Below, piece by piece: positions 19,310 to 29,122 of a stretch of DNA of 64,000 nucleotides. The position numbers and the translations under genes were made by a program. The notes beneath the pieces are model-generated. The model saw only the letters and a list, made by a program, of their open reading frames with translations. It was not told where the DNA came from and made no database searches. The DNA lies in the NCBI GenBank assembly GCA_963705305.1, contig OY970067.1, positions 992,001-1,056,000 on the forward strand, in the 5' to 3' direction. The DNA comes from an uncultured Methylomirabilota bacterium. Lineage in GTDB: Bacteria > Methylomirabilota > Methylomirabilia > Methylomirabilales > 2-02-FULL-66-22. Position 1 is the first letter of the stretch. Every line of letters starts with the position of its first letter.

Positions 19310-20656
19310 TCAGCCCCGGGGGATGTCGAGGCCGAACTGCTTGATCTTTCGCCACAAGGTGGTCTTGTGCATCCTCAGCTCGCGGGCAGTGTCGGCCCGG
19401 TTCCAGCCGTGGCGGCGCAGGGCCTCGTACAGGAATCGAGCCTCCAGGTCGCGCAGCGTCGAGGTGCTCTGGATGGCGGGCGCCGCCTCGGGCGGCCGCA
19501 GACCCGCGGGGAGGTGGGCGGCCTGGATGGGCCCGCCCGCACACAGGATGAAGGCATGCTCGAGGATGTTCTCCAGCTCCCGGACGTTCCCCGGGTAATC
19601 GTGAGCCATGAGGATCTGGAGGGTCTCGGGCGAGACGCCGCTGATGTCCTTCCCCTTCAGACGATTGAACCGGCTGACGAAGTGGTCGATGAGGAGGGGG
19701 ATGTCCTCCCGCCGGTCGCGGAGCGGCGGGAGGACGAGTGTGACCACGTTGATCCGATAATACAGGTCCTGGCGGAACGTGCCGGCCTTCACCAGGTCTG
19801 CCAGGCGGCGGTTCGAGGCGGTCACCACCCTGACGTTGGCCTTGACCGACTCGGTGCCGCCCAGCGGCTCGTACATGCGCTGCTCGAGGACGCGGAGCAG
19901 GCGGACCTGGAGCGCGGGCGACACGTCGCCGATCTCGTCCAGGAAGATCGTCCCGCCCTCCGCCAGCGCGAATCGGCCCGCCTTGTCCTTGCGGGCGTCC
20001 GTGAAGGCCCCCGCCTTGTAGCCGAACAGCTCGGATTCGAGCAGGGTGTCCGGGAGAGCCCCGCAGTTCACCGCGATCAGCGGCCGCTCCCGGCGGGGGC
20101 TCAAGGTGTGCAAAGCTCGGGCGATCAGCTCTTTCCCCGTCCCGCTCTCTCCCTCGATCAAGACGGTGCTGTCGCTCTCCGCCACGGCCGGAAGGATGGC
20201 GAAGAGTCGCTGCATGGCGGCGCTCTTGCTCACGATATCCGCGAAGGTATAGCGGCGGGTCACCTCGGCCCGGAGCTGCTCCACCAGCCGAAGGTCGCGG
20301 AAGGTCTCCACGCCGCCCAGCAGCCGCCCCTGCCTGTCCCGAAGGACGGCTGTGCTGATGCTGATCGGCACGCGCTCGCCGTCGGCCCGCACGATGAAGA
20401 CGGGCCGGTTGACCACCGGCCGCCCCGTCTGAAGGGTCTCACGAAGGGCGCAGCGGGCCTCGCAGATGGAGGCGCGGAATACCTCGCAGCACGGACGGCC
20501 CAGGGATTCCTCCCGCGAGACCCCCGTGATCTCCTCGGCGGCGTGGTTGAATGAGGTGATGCGAAACTCCTCGTCCACGGTGAACACACCGTCCGCCACC
20601 GAGTCCAGGACGACCCCGACCTCTTCGGGGGTGAGCGCTGCGGTCTTTTCCCCCAT
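19310..20656 (-). CDS. PAS-domain sigma54-dependent activator (OrpR-like)
   Basis: PAS domain with CCEVFRASICEARC; GESGTGKE, GAFTDA and C-terminal Fis-type HTH. Confidence 0.92.
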   Translation of the reverse strand: MGEKTAALTPEEVGVVLDSVADGVFTVDEEFRITSFNHAAEEITGVSREESLGRPCCEVFRASICEARCALRETLQTGRPVVNRPVFIVRADGERVPISISTAVLRDRQGRLLGGVETFRDLRLVEQLRAEVTRRYTFADIVSKSAAMQRLFAILPAVAESDSTVLIEGESGTGKELIARALHTLSPRRERPLIAVNCGALPDTLLESELFGYKAGAFTDARKDKAGRFALAEGGTIFLDEIGDVSPALQVRLLRVLEQRMYEPLGGTESVKANVRVVTASNRRLADLVKAGTFRQDLYYRINVVTLVLPPLRDRREDIPLLIDHFVSRFNRLKGKDISGVSPETLQILMAHDYPGNVRELENILEHAFILCAGGPIQAAHLPAGLRPPEAAPAIQSTSTLRDLEARFLYEALRRHGWNRADTARELRMHKTTLWRKIKQFGLDIPRG

Positions 20657-20800
20657 GATCCCTTTCCTGTTTACGATATCTCTTATTCTCTCACAGACGG
20701 TGGACGCTCGCCAAGAGCAACCGCGACAGGAGCGCTCCGAAAAAGAAATCCCCCGCCGAGAGCCGACGGGGGAGCGGTGAAGGCGTGATGGGCGAGCCGC

Positions 20801-21779
20801 CTACTTGTAGACCTCCGGATTCACGACTCCTTCGGGGCGGCGGCCCTCCAGGACGTCCACGATGGCCTGCGCGGCGTGGGTCGCCATCCGGATGACGCAC
20901 TCGACCGTGAGACCCGCCGAGTGGGGGCTCAGCACCACATTGGGCAGCCCGAAAAGCGGATTGTCGGCCACCGGAGGCTCCGGATCGAAGACATCCAGTC
21001 CGGCCCCGGCGATGACCCCCTCTTTGAGCGCCTTGACCAGCGCAGGCTCGTCCACGACCGGACCGCGCGCGCAGTTGATCAGGAAGGCGGACCGCTTCAT
21101 CATGCGAAGCTGCGCCGCTCCGATCAGCCCCTTGGTCTCGGGCATCGAGGGCATGTGCAGCGTGACAAAGTCTGCGGCCTTGAGCAGCTCCGGGATGGCA
21201 GTCACCACCTTCCCGCCCGCCTTCTCCATGGCCTCGCGCGGGACCAGCGGATCGTAGACCAGCACCTCCATGTTGAAGGCAGCCCGGGCCTTCTGGCAGA
21301 CGAGCGTGCCGATGCGCCCCATCCCGAGGATGCCCAGGACCTTTCCATCCAGGTCGAACGCCGCGTAGCTGTTCCGGATCTCCCACTCATTCTTCCGCGT
21401 CGCGATATCGTACGGCACGATCCGCTTTGCCAGGACCAGCATCAAGGTCAGGACGTGCTCGGCCACCGACAGCGCGTTGGCCCGGGGCGTGATGCATACC
21501 GGAATCTTCCGGCGGGTGGCTGCGGCCACGTCGATGTTGTCGTAGCCGACGCCGTGCCGGGCGATGACCTTCAGGCCGGCCCCCGCCTCGATGACGGAGG
21601 CCGGGATCGGCGCCGTCCGGACCAGCAGACCCGCGCAGTCGCGGATCTCCCGGACCAGCGTGGCCTCGGTGAAATCGGGCGCCACCCGGGCCTCCATCCC
21701 CTTGTCGGTGAGGAGGCGGATTCCCGCCTCGTGAATGGGCTGCGAGAATCAACACCTTCCGCTTTGTGGCTGCCACCAT
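20801..21779 (-). CDS. D-isomer 2-hydroxyacid dehydrogenase (SerA-like) with a 1-nt frameshift near 21745
   Basis: RHGVGYDN, GMGRIG, INCARG and SPHSAG. The N-terminus MVAATKRKVLI is out of frame with QPIHEAGIRLL. Confidence 0.85.
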
Positions 21780-21865
21780 CAGCGTCTCTCCTTTCCGCAA
21801 GCCGTTCCGGCCGCGGAGTTCGTCCGTGTCGACCTTCCGCATCCCGCGGACCCAAGCCCGCCACC

Positions 21866-21913
21866 TGCACCCCGGCCGGGGTGCATTGTGGCCGGGTTAC
21901 ATGGCGGGGTCAA
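21866..21913 (-). promoter_or_regulatory. sigma70 promoter TTGACC-N17-CACAAT with an adjoining 20-bp perfect palindrome
   Basis: TGCACCCCGGCCGGGGTGCA at 21866-21885 abuts the -10. Confidence 0.5.
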
Positions 21914-22051
21914 GGCGGGCGCAGGCACCGTGCCGGCCTCGTGCGGCCTCCCGTACATTGCGGCGCCGACCCGCGGGCATGCGGGTACTCGGCCGAAGGC
22001 TCGGCACCCATCAGATGGGCACCCGGCAGATGGGCCTTTTTCAACAGCCTG

Positions 22052-23524
22052 TTAATTTTGTGGTCCGTAGCGCTTCTTATAGAACTCCTGCATCTTCTGG
22101 AGCTGCTCTTTGGTCATCCCCTGCTTCAGCCACTGATTCCCCGGCTGAGAGTAGACGTACTTGTTCATCAGCTGGGTGGCCAGCGGCTCTCCCGCCACCG
22201 CCCGGACCTCGGGAAGGAACTCCGTGTAGAAGTTCTTGGCCACGTCGTAGATTCCGTGCCACCAGGCGTAGTCCGGACCCGACATGGCGGCGCCGTGGCG
22301 GGCGCGCCGCCCCTCATGGTGCCAGAGCTCGAAGTAGGTCCACTCCAGCTTTTCGTCCATGGGGGCCGGCGTCAGCTTCTTGGCCTTGTACAGCTCATCC
22401 ATGATCGCCGTGGCCGGTTTGGCGAATTTCTCGTTGTACAGATCGACCAGATCGTCGAACTGCTTGTAGAAACCGCCGATCTGCTCGGACGCATGGCACT
22501 GGTCGCAGACATCCCGCATCGACTGCCGCCGCTGTTCCCACGTGACGACCTTGGCCACCTTCCGTAGCGTGCCGTCCTTGGTCTTGATGTTCTCCCCAAC
22601 CTTGGGGAGGGGGGCGCCCTCCGCCAGATCCTCTTTCCAATGGTCCTCGAACACCACCATGCTGATCCGCGTAGAGACCGCCGGCCGCAGCGTCCAGCTG
22701 ATGCGCTCGCCCACATCGTGCGTCACACCCTGGGAGGGGGTCGCGCTCATGTGGCAGCTGGCGCAGGTCGGGGCCGCGGTGTAATCCACGCCCGCCACCC
22801 ACGTGCGGCGGTCCAGGTTCATCCGCCCCTGGAAGGCCTCGAACAGGATCCCGTGCTTCGATTCCTGGTAGACCTCGATCTGGGGGTGATCCGGGCCGAG
22901 GTGACACTTCCCGCAGGCCTCGGGCCGGCGGGCCTGCGCGACCGAGAAGGCGTGGCGGGTATGGCAGGCGGTGCAGCTCCCCCAGCTTCCGTCGGGATTG
23001 ATGCGCCCGATGCCGGAATTCGGCCAGGTGGTCGGATCGAACTTTCCCCCCGGCAGCACCTTGACCTGCGAGCCGTGACACTGCACGCATCCGACCGCGA
23101 CCGCCGGCGGGCCGCCCACCACCTCGCCCAGGTAGTTATCCAGCGAGGCCAGGATCTGGCCGGCCTTGGCGTGGTGGCTGCCCTGCTGCTCGACCACTTG
23201 CTGCGGGTGGCAGCGGCCACATTTCTTGGGCGACACGATCACGGAGATCAGGAAGCCGTTGTGCTCGAAGGCGTCCGGATCTCCCTTCTGAGCCCGGTGG
23301 CAGTCGTAGCAGTTGACCCCCGCCTGTCCCATGCGCGACAGGCGCCAGTCATACACCAGGGCGGCATTCTGCTGGCTGTGGCAGCCGATGCAGACCGACC
23401 CTTCCTTCGAGCCGTAAAAGGCGGGCAGGGGACTCTGCTGGGCGTGGCCGACTCCCCACGCCAGCAGGACGCACAGGCTCGACACGAGGAGTGCGCACAG
23501 GGCGAGCAGGTAGCGTCGTTTCAT
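22052..23524 (-). CDS. Octaheme cytochrome c, hydroxylamine oxidoreductase (HAO) family
   Basis: Signal peptide; 8 CxxCH motifs; CHLGPDHPQIE, SKHG and GPDYAWWHG. Confidence 0.9.
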   Translation of the reverse strand: MKRRYLLALCALLVSSLCVLLAWGVGHAQQSPLPAFYGSKEGSVCIGCHSQQNAALVYDWRLSRMGQAGVNCYDCHRAQKGDPDAFEHNGFLISVIVSPKKCGRCHPQQVVEQQGSHHAKAGQILASLDNYLGEVVGGPPAVAVGCVQCHGSQVKVLPGGKFDPTTWPNSGIGRINPDGSWGSCTACHTRHAFSVAQARRPEACGKCHLGPDHPQIEVYQESKHGILFEAFQGRMNLDRRTWVAGVDYTAAPTCASCHMSATPSQGVTHDVGERISWTLRPAVSTRISMVVFEDHWKEDLAEGAPLPKVGENIKTKDGTLRKVAKVVTWEQRRQSMRDVCDQCHASEQIGGFYKQFDDLVDLYNEKFAKPATAIMDELYKAKKLTPAPMDEKLEWTYFELWHHEGRRARHGAAMSGPDYAWWHGIYDVAKNFYTEFLPEVRAVAGEPLATQLMNKYVYSQPGNQWLKQGMTKEQLQKMQEFYKKRYGPQN

Positions 23525-23777
23525 GGCATCCCTCCAGTCTTACGGCAAGCGACTATGATGTGCTGGCGGAGAGTCGCCTCCCCGGCCAGCCTTCCGCATC
23601 GTCGTACAAACTTCGAGGCATCCGCCCATGCCCACAGTCCGCGGATGCATCGCCGCAGACGGCGCGTGGTCTCACGCCCCATTCTTCAGAGTGCCGCCTT
23701 TTGGTCAAGATGGAGAGGAACGATCGGGAGGGATTCGTCCGGGTTCCCGGACATCCGGCTGGACGCCTGCGGCCTGT

Positions 23778-26651
23778 TCAGGGCCGGGTCGCGTGCTCGA
23801 GCAGGTACAGGTAGGATCGGTAGATCCGGCCGGTCGCCCGTGTCATCCCGATCTCGCAGGTGCGGCTGCTGGAGAAGTGGCCGTCGTGGGGCGCCGCCAG
23901 CGCCGCGGCGGCCTCGCGGCGGGTGGCCGCGGCCGTCAGCTCCGGGAAGAGGAATCCCCGGTCGCCGGCAAAGCCGCAGCAGCCGGCCTCGGCGGGGACG
24001 GTGACCGAGTCGCTGCAGGCCCGCGCGATCGCCTCCAGCTTGGGAGTGAGGTTGAGCTTGACCAGCGAGCAAACCGGGTGCAGGACCACCGACCCCGCCC
24101 GGTGCCGGATGGTCAGGCGGGGCAGCAGGCGGTCGTGGACGAAGGCAGTGCTGTCCAGGATCTGCAGCCGGTCGAACCGCTCTCGGTTCTCCGGCGTCAG
24201 ATGCTCGCGGCAGGTGAGCAGCCCGTACGTGCACGGGCTGGTATCGACCACCACCGGCAGCCTGCCCTCGCCCGACCACGCCCAGAACCGTTCGATCGCC
24301 CGGTTGGCCGCCACCGCATGGGCCTGGTCGTATCCCTTGGACGAGAACGGCACCCCGCAGCAGGTTCCCTCCACGTTCCCCGGAATCCAGACCGGCACCC
24401 CCGCCCGCTGCGCCACGGCCACCAGGGCGTCCTGCACGGTCAGCTCTTCGGGCTCGCCCGGCAGATGGCCCAGCACCCGGGAGATGCAGGCGGGGAAGTA
24501 GACAGCCTGCGCCGCCGCGCCTGCCGGCGCCGGCGGCCGGGCGCACGCCGGACGTGGCATCTCCCGGCTCCACTGGGGGAAGGGACGGCGGGTGACGGCG
24601 CGAAGCACCCGGGTGATCCCGGCCATCGTCCCGGCGCCCAGGAGGGACTGGACGAGATGCCCGAGGCGCAGCCCGAGGCGCGCCATCGGCTCGAGCAGGG
24701 CAAAGTGCTCGGCCGCACAGCGCGCGGCACGGTGCGCCCAGGCTGGGTGCTGCAGCCGGCGAAGGCGCTTGGTCAGCTGGCCGGTGTCGATGCCGACCGG
24801 GCAGGCCGTGGCGCACAGGCCGTCCGCGGCGCAGGTGTCCAGCGCCATGTACGGGAAATCGGCCTCCAGCGCCCCCAGGACGCTGCGGTCACCTGTTTGC
24901 TCCTTCCGCCGCGCCATCTCCCGGCGCACCACGATGCGCTGGCGGGGGGAGAGGGTCAAGTCCAGGCTCGGGCATTTCGACTCGCAGTAGCCGCACTCGA
25001 TGCACTTGTCCACCTCCTCCTCGACCCCGGGAAGGGATTTGAGGTCGGCGAGGTGGGCCTTGGGATCGGGGTTGAGGATCACGCCGGGGTTCAGCAGTCC
25101 CTCGGGGTCCGCCAGCGCCTTGAGCCGCCGCATGATGGCGTGCGCCTCGGGACCCCACTCGGTCTCGACGAAGGGGGCGATGTTGCGTCCGGTGCCGTGC
25201 TCGCCCTTGAGCGCCCCGTCGTACCGCTCCACCACCAGGCGGACCATGTCGTCCATGAACCGGGCATATCGGTCCACCTCGGCCTGGATATTGTACGACT
25301 GGGTGATCGTCAGGTGGAGGTTGCCGTCCTTGGCATGGCCGAAGAGGATCGCCTCCTCATAGCCGTGGCGGCCGGCCGTCTGGATCAGCTCCACCGTGGC
25401 GTCGGCCAGGCTCGGGATCGGGAAGACCACGTCCTCGATGATCACCGTGGTGCCCCGCTTTCGCACGGCCCCCACGGACGGGTACAATCCCTGGCGGATC
25501 TTCCAGAGGAGCGCCTGCTCCCCCGCCTCGTGCGTGAAGCGCCCGGGCTCGAGCAGCCGGAGGCCGCCCACGGCCTCGCGGGCCAGCGACTCCAAAGTGG
25601 CGCGATCCTTCTCCTCTGCGCTCTGGAACTCGACCAGGAGTCCGGCGGCCTCCGGAGGGAGGCCTGTGATGGTGGGGGGAATGCCGGGCTGGTTTTCCAC
25701 CGACCGGAGGGACGCCCGATCCATCAGCTCCAGGGCCTTGGCGTCGGCGGCGCGGAGCGGGGCGATGGCGGCGCAGGCGGCATGGATGCTGGGGAAGAGC
25801 AGCAGGCCGGTGTACTTCACCGGGAGGTCCGGCACCGTGTCGAGGACCGCCTCGGCGATGAACGCCAGGGTCCCCTCCGAGCCGATCAGCAGGTTGCGCA
25901 TGACGTCCACCGGCCGATGGAAGTCAAGGAAGGCGTTGAGGGAGTAGCCGGTGGTGTTCTTCATCCGGTACTTGGCCCGGATCCGATCGGCAAGACGCGG
26001 ATTCGCCTCGATCTCGCGCTTGATCTCCAGGAGCCCGCCGGCCAGGCGGGGCTCTTTTTGACGGAAGATCTCGTCGGCATCCGGATCGGCGGTGTCGATG
26101 ACCGTGCCCGAGGGCAGCACGAAGGTCAGGGAATGCAGCGTGTGGTAGGCGTTCTGGGCGACCCCGCAGCACATCCCGCTGGAGTTGTTGGCCAGGATCC
26201 CCCCCATCATGCAGGCGTTGATGGAGGCGGGGTCCGGCCCCATCTTGGCCCCGAACGGCCTGAGCGCCGCGTTGACATTGCCGCCGATGACCCCAGGCTG
26301 GACGCGGACCTTCCGGCCGCCGTCCTCGACCAGCACCCGCCGCCAGTGCTTGGCCACCTCCACCAGAATGCCATCCGTCACGGCCTGCCCGGACAGGCTG
26401 GTTCCGCCGGCCCGGAACGTCAGCGGGACGCGCTGGTCGCGGCTCAGGCGGAAGATGGTCCGGATCTCCTCCACGCCCTTCGCCAGGACCACCGCCCGGG
26501 GAATCAGGCGGTAGAAGCTGGCGTCCGAGGCGTAGGCGATCCGATCGATCGGGCGCGTGAGGACCCGCTTCGCGTCGATGAGCTGTCCCAGCAGGGCCTC
26601 CAGCACGGGCGGCGCAGCGGACTCACCGGGCGCGCGGGAAGGGATGGACAT
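23778..26651 (-). CDS. FAD- and Fe-S-containing D-lactate dehydrogenase (Dld-II type)
   Basis: YASDAS, RAGGTSLSGQA, GHAKDGNLH, KGEHGTGRN, CIECGYCE and CCG domains. Confidence 0.9.
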   Translation of the reverse strand: MSIPSRAPGESAAPPVLEALLGQLIDAKRVLTRPIDRIAYASDASFYRLIPRAVVLAKGVEEIRTIFRLSRDQRVPLTFRAGGTSLSGQAVTDGILVEVAKHWRRVLVEDGGRKVRVQPGVIGGNVNAALRPFGAKMGPDPASINACMMGGILANNSSGMCCGVAQNAYHTLHSLTFVLPSGTVIDTADPDADEIFRQKEPRLAGGLLEIKREIEANPRLADRIRAKYRMKNTTGYSLNAFLDFHRPVDVMRNLLIGSEGTLAFIAEAVLDTVPDLPVKYTGLLLFPSIHAACAAIAPLRAADAKALELMDRASLRSVENQPGIPPTITGLPPEAAGLLVEFQSAEEKDRATLESLAREAVGGLRLLEPGRFTHEAGEQALLWKIRQGLYPSVGAVRKRGTTVIIEDVVFPIPSLADATVELIQTAGRHGYEEAILFGHAKDGNLHLTITQSYNIQAEVDRYARFMDDMVRLVVERYDGALKGEHGTGRNIAPFVETEWGPEAHAIMRRLKALADPEGLLNPGVILNPDPKAHLADLKSLPGVEEEVDKCIECGYCESKCPSLDLTLSPRQRIVVRREMARRKEQTGDRSVLGALEADFPYMALDTCAADGLCATACPVGIDTGQLTKRLRRLQHPAWAHRAARCAAEHFALLEPMARLGLRLGHLVQSLLGAGTMAGITRVLRAVTRRPFPQWSREMPRPACARPPAPAGAAAQAVYFPACISRVLGHLPGEPEELTVQDALVAVAQRAGVPVWIPGNVEGTCCGVPFSSKGYDQAHAVAANRAIERFWAWSGEGRLPVVVDTSPCTYGLLTCREHLTPENRERFDRLQILDSTAFVHDRLLPRLTIRHRAGSVVLHPVCSLVKLNLTPKLEAIARACSDSVTVPAEAGCCGFAGDRGFLFPELTAAATRREAAAALAAPHDGHFSSSRTCEIGMTRATGRIYRSYLYLLEHATRP

Positions 26652-26981
26652 GCGAATGCCTCCGATGGAATGGGGGACAGCGCGAGGAGAGACGGCACGG
26701 CAGGATGTCGATCATTGAATCTTGCATGAGGAGTGTGATCGACCGATTGGGACTCGGCCGGAGCGCCCTCTCGACGCCTGGCGCCTCGTCGAGAACCGCC
26801 CGGCCTTGCTCCGGCGCCGCCGCCCCAGAGGGCGCGTCGCGCCGCGGGACGTTATTCCATACACCATGCGGTTCCCAGGAGCCCGCGGCGACCGAACCCG
26901 GCCGGGCCGCGGGCGCGGCGCTCGAGGGCACCCCGGCCGAGTCCCACCACAATCTCAAGTGGCCCATTACTTATGCAATAA

Positions 26982-27650
26982 TCAATAGGATTCCGTCATC
27001 ACCCAGGCGTACAGGCTTTTCGGGCCGTGCACGCCGAGGGTCAGCGTCAGCTCGATATCGCTGGTCCGGCTGGGCCCCGTCACGAGAACACAATACCCCG
27101 CGTCCTTCGCCTCCGCAAGCGCCTGGTGGAAATCCGGCCGCAGGGCGGCGGGCGTCAGGATTGCCAGGTGAACGCGCGGCAAGAGAGAGACGATCCGCGG
27201 CCGCTCCGGCGAAGAGCGGAGCAGGAGCGACCCGGTCTCCGGCAGGGCTGCATCCACGCCTGTCACCCCCAGCTCGCACTCGGCGACGCGGCGCTTGCCC
27301 GCCTCGGGCGGGACGATCTCGACGCCGAGCGCCTCGAGCGTCGTTGCCGCCTCCCATGCCGCGAGGTCCGGCGTGGACCAGAGGGTGGCCTTCTTGACCT
27401 CCTCGGTCTTCACCAGCTCGACCAATGCGGCGCGGAGCGCCTCCCTGCCTGTCAGGCGGCGGGTGACGCCGCTCAGCTTCTCGATCTCCGTCAAGAGCTG
27501 CGACAGCTCGGCCTCGGGATCCCCGGGCCGGCGGGGGCCCACGCGGGCCGTGGGGGGCAGCGGGGACGGGGCGCCCGCGGGCTGGGCGCCGGCAGGCCTC
27601 CCCAGCGATTCCCGCACTCTGGCCAGAATTTCTTCGCGCGCCGATTGCAC
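26982..27650 (-). CDS. lutC: Lactate utilization protein C (LutC/LldG)
   Basis: AREEILARVR, ETGS, SLLP and TGPSRTSDIE..L.LGVHGP. Confidence 0.9.
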   Translation of the reverse strand: MQSAREEILARVRESLGRPAGAQPAGAPSPLPPTARVGPRRPGDPEAELSQLLTEIEKLSGVTRRLTGREALRAALVELVKTEEVKKATLWSTPDLAAWEAATTLEALGVEIVPPEAGKRRVAECELGVTGVDAALPETGSLLLRSSPERPRIVSLLPRVHLAILTPAALRPDFHQALAEAKDAGYCVLVTGPSRTSDIELTLTLGVHGPKSLYAWVMTESY

Positions 27651-27679
27651 GTTTCCCTCGCTCCTTGGCGACACCGTTG

Positions 27680-29122
27680 CTACTGCTGTCCCCTGGCACC
27701 CCGCGGGCGGCGGCGCCACCAGCGCCGGAAATCCGACGCGAAGGCCGGGAACGGCCGGGACGTCGTCCAGCGGTTGAGAGGAGGTGGAAGCCTGTCCAGC
27801 CACCCCTCCTTCTCGAGCGGCGCTTGTAGCCACTTCAGCGCCCAGGCCCCCACGCGGTAGAGCCAGGGTGTGCGGAGGGCCACCGAGCCGGCCCGCGCGG
27901 CGGCCCGCAGCGCGGCCGGCGCCGCCGCCCCCTCCATCTCGTCTCCCTCGGCCACCCGGTGGCGCAGGTGGAGCAGGATGTCCGTGATGGGAATCTTCAC
28001 GGGGCAGATGTCATTGCAGGCGCCGCACAGCGTGGAGGCGAAGGGCAGCCCCCCCGCCGCCTTGGTTCCCAGGATCTGGCTGGCGAAGAGCGTCCCCGTG
28101 GGCCCGGAAATCGGATACCCGTAGGCGTACCCCCCCACGGTGTTGAACACGGGACAGATGTTCAGGCAGGCCCCGCACCGGATGCACAGCAGGGTCTCCC
28201 GGCATTCGGGTGTTCGCAGGATGCGGGACCGCCCGTTATCCAGCAGGACGAGGTGAAACTCGCTCGGTCCGGCCTCAGCCGCCGTGCGGGGCGGACCGGT
28301 GATGAAGGAGGTGTAGCAGGTGATCTTCTGTCCGGTGGCGCTCCTCGCCAAGAGCTTCAAAAGGACGGTGAGGCACTCCCAATCCGGTACGATCTTGTCG
28401 ATACCGACGACGGCCACGTGCACGGGGGAGACGGTCGTGCACATGCGCCCGTTCCCCTCGTTGGTCACCATGACCAGGGTCCCGGTCTCCGCCACCAGGA
28501 AGTTTCCCCCCGAGATGCCCATGTCCGCGGCCAGGAATTCCTCCCGGAGCTTCATGCGCGCGACCTGGGTCAGCCCCTGCGCATCAGAAGGGGCCTCCAC
28601 GCCCAACTTCCGATGGAACACGTCGGCGATCTCCTCCTTGGAGAGATGGAATGCCGGCACGACGATGTGAGCCGGTCCCATGCCGAGGAGCTGGACGATG
28701 TACTCGCCCAGGTCGGTCTCCAGCACCTGGATTCCGGCCGCCTCCAGGGCGTGGTTCAGGCCGATCTCCTCCGAGGCCATGCTCTTCGACTTCACCGCCT
28801 TCTTGACCTGGCGCTGTCGCGCGATCTCGAGGACGATCCGATTGGCCTCCTCCGCGTCCCGCGCCCAGTGCACGTGCCCGCCCGCGGCGGTCACTGCCCG
28901 CTCTGCCTGCTCGAGATAGTCGTCGAGGTGCGTGATGGCGTGGAGGCGCAGGTCGTGGCCGGCCTGGCGGAGCGCCTGCCACAGCTCCTGCCCCAGCAGC
29001 TCCACCAGCGTCGCGCGGGTGCCCAGGAACTTTCCGGTGGCCTTCTGCACCGCCGCCGGCATCGTGGGGGGTACCCGCCGGCTGTTGGCCCGAAAGTCGA
29101 TGGAGGGAGGCGCCTGACTCAT
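27680..29122 (-). CDS. lutB: Lactate utilization protein B (LutB/LldF), Fe-S
   Basis: KSKSM..EE, ETDLGEYI, NEGNG and CIRCGACLNICP. Confidence 0.93.
   Translation of the reverse strand: MSQAPPSIDFRANSRRVPPTMPAAVQKATGKFLGTRATLVELLGQELWQALRQAGHDLRLHAITHLDDYLEQAERAVTAAGGHVHWARDAEEANRIVLEIARQRQVKKAVKSKSMASEEIGLNHALEAAGIQVLETDLGEYIVQLLGMGPAHIVVPAFHLSKEEIADVFHRKLGVEAPSDAQGLTQVARMKLREEFLAADMGISGGNFLVAETGTLVMVTNEGNGRMCTTVSPVHVAVVGIDKIVPDWECLTVLLKLLARSATGQKITCYTSFITGPPRTAAEAGPSEFHLVLLDNGRSRILRTPECRETLLCIRCGACLNICPVFNTVGGYAYGYPISGPTGTLFASQILGTKAAGGLPFASTLCGACNDICPVKIPITDILLHLRHRVAEGDEMEGAAAPAALRAAARAGSVALRTPWLYRVGAWALKWLQAPLEKEGWLDRLPPPLNRWTTSRPFPAFASDFRRWWRRRPRGARGQQ

Noticed and set aside
22052..23524. 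Evidence for nitrification or anammox from the HAO homolog
   Set aside because: There are no amo, hzs or c554 genes, no CxxxxCH heme, and the crosslink Tyr appears to be absent.
23628..26729. 1033-aa plus-strand ORF and other long plus-strand ORFs (e.g. 69-1367, 44238-46619, 56945-58606)
   Set aside because: They are antisense shadows of well-supported minus-strand genes in high-GC DNA and have no family motifs.
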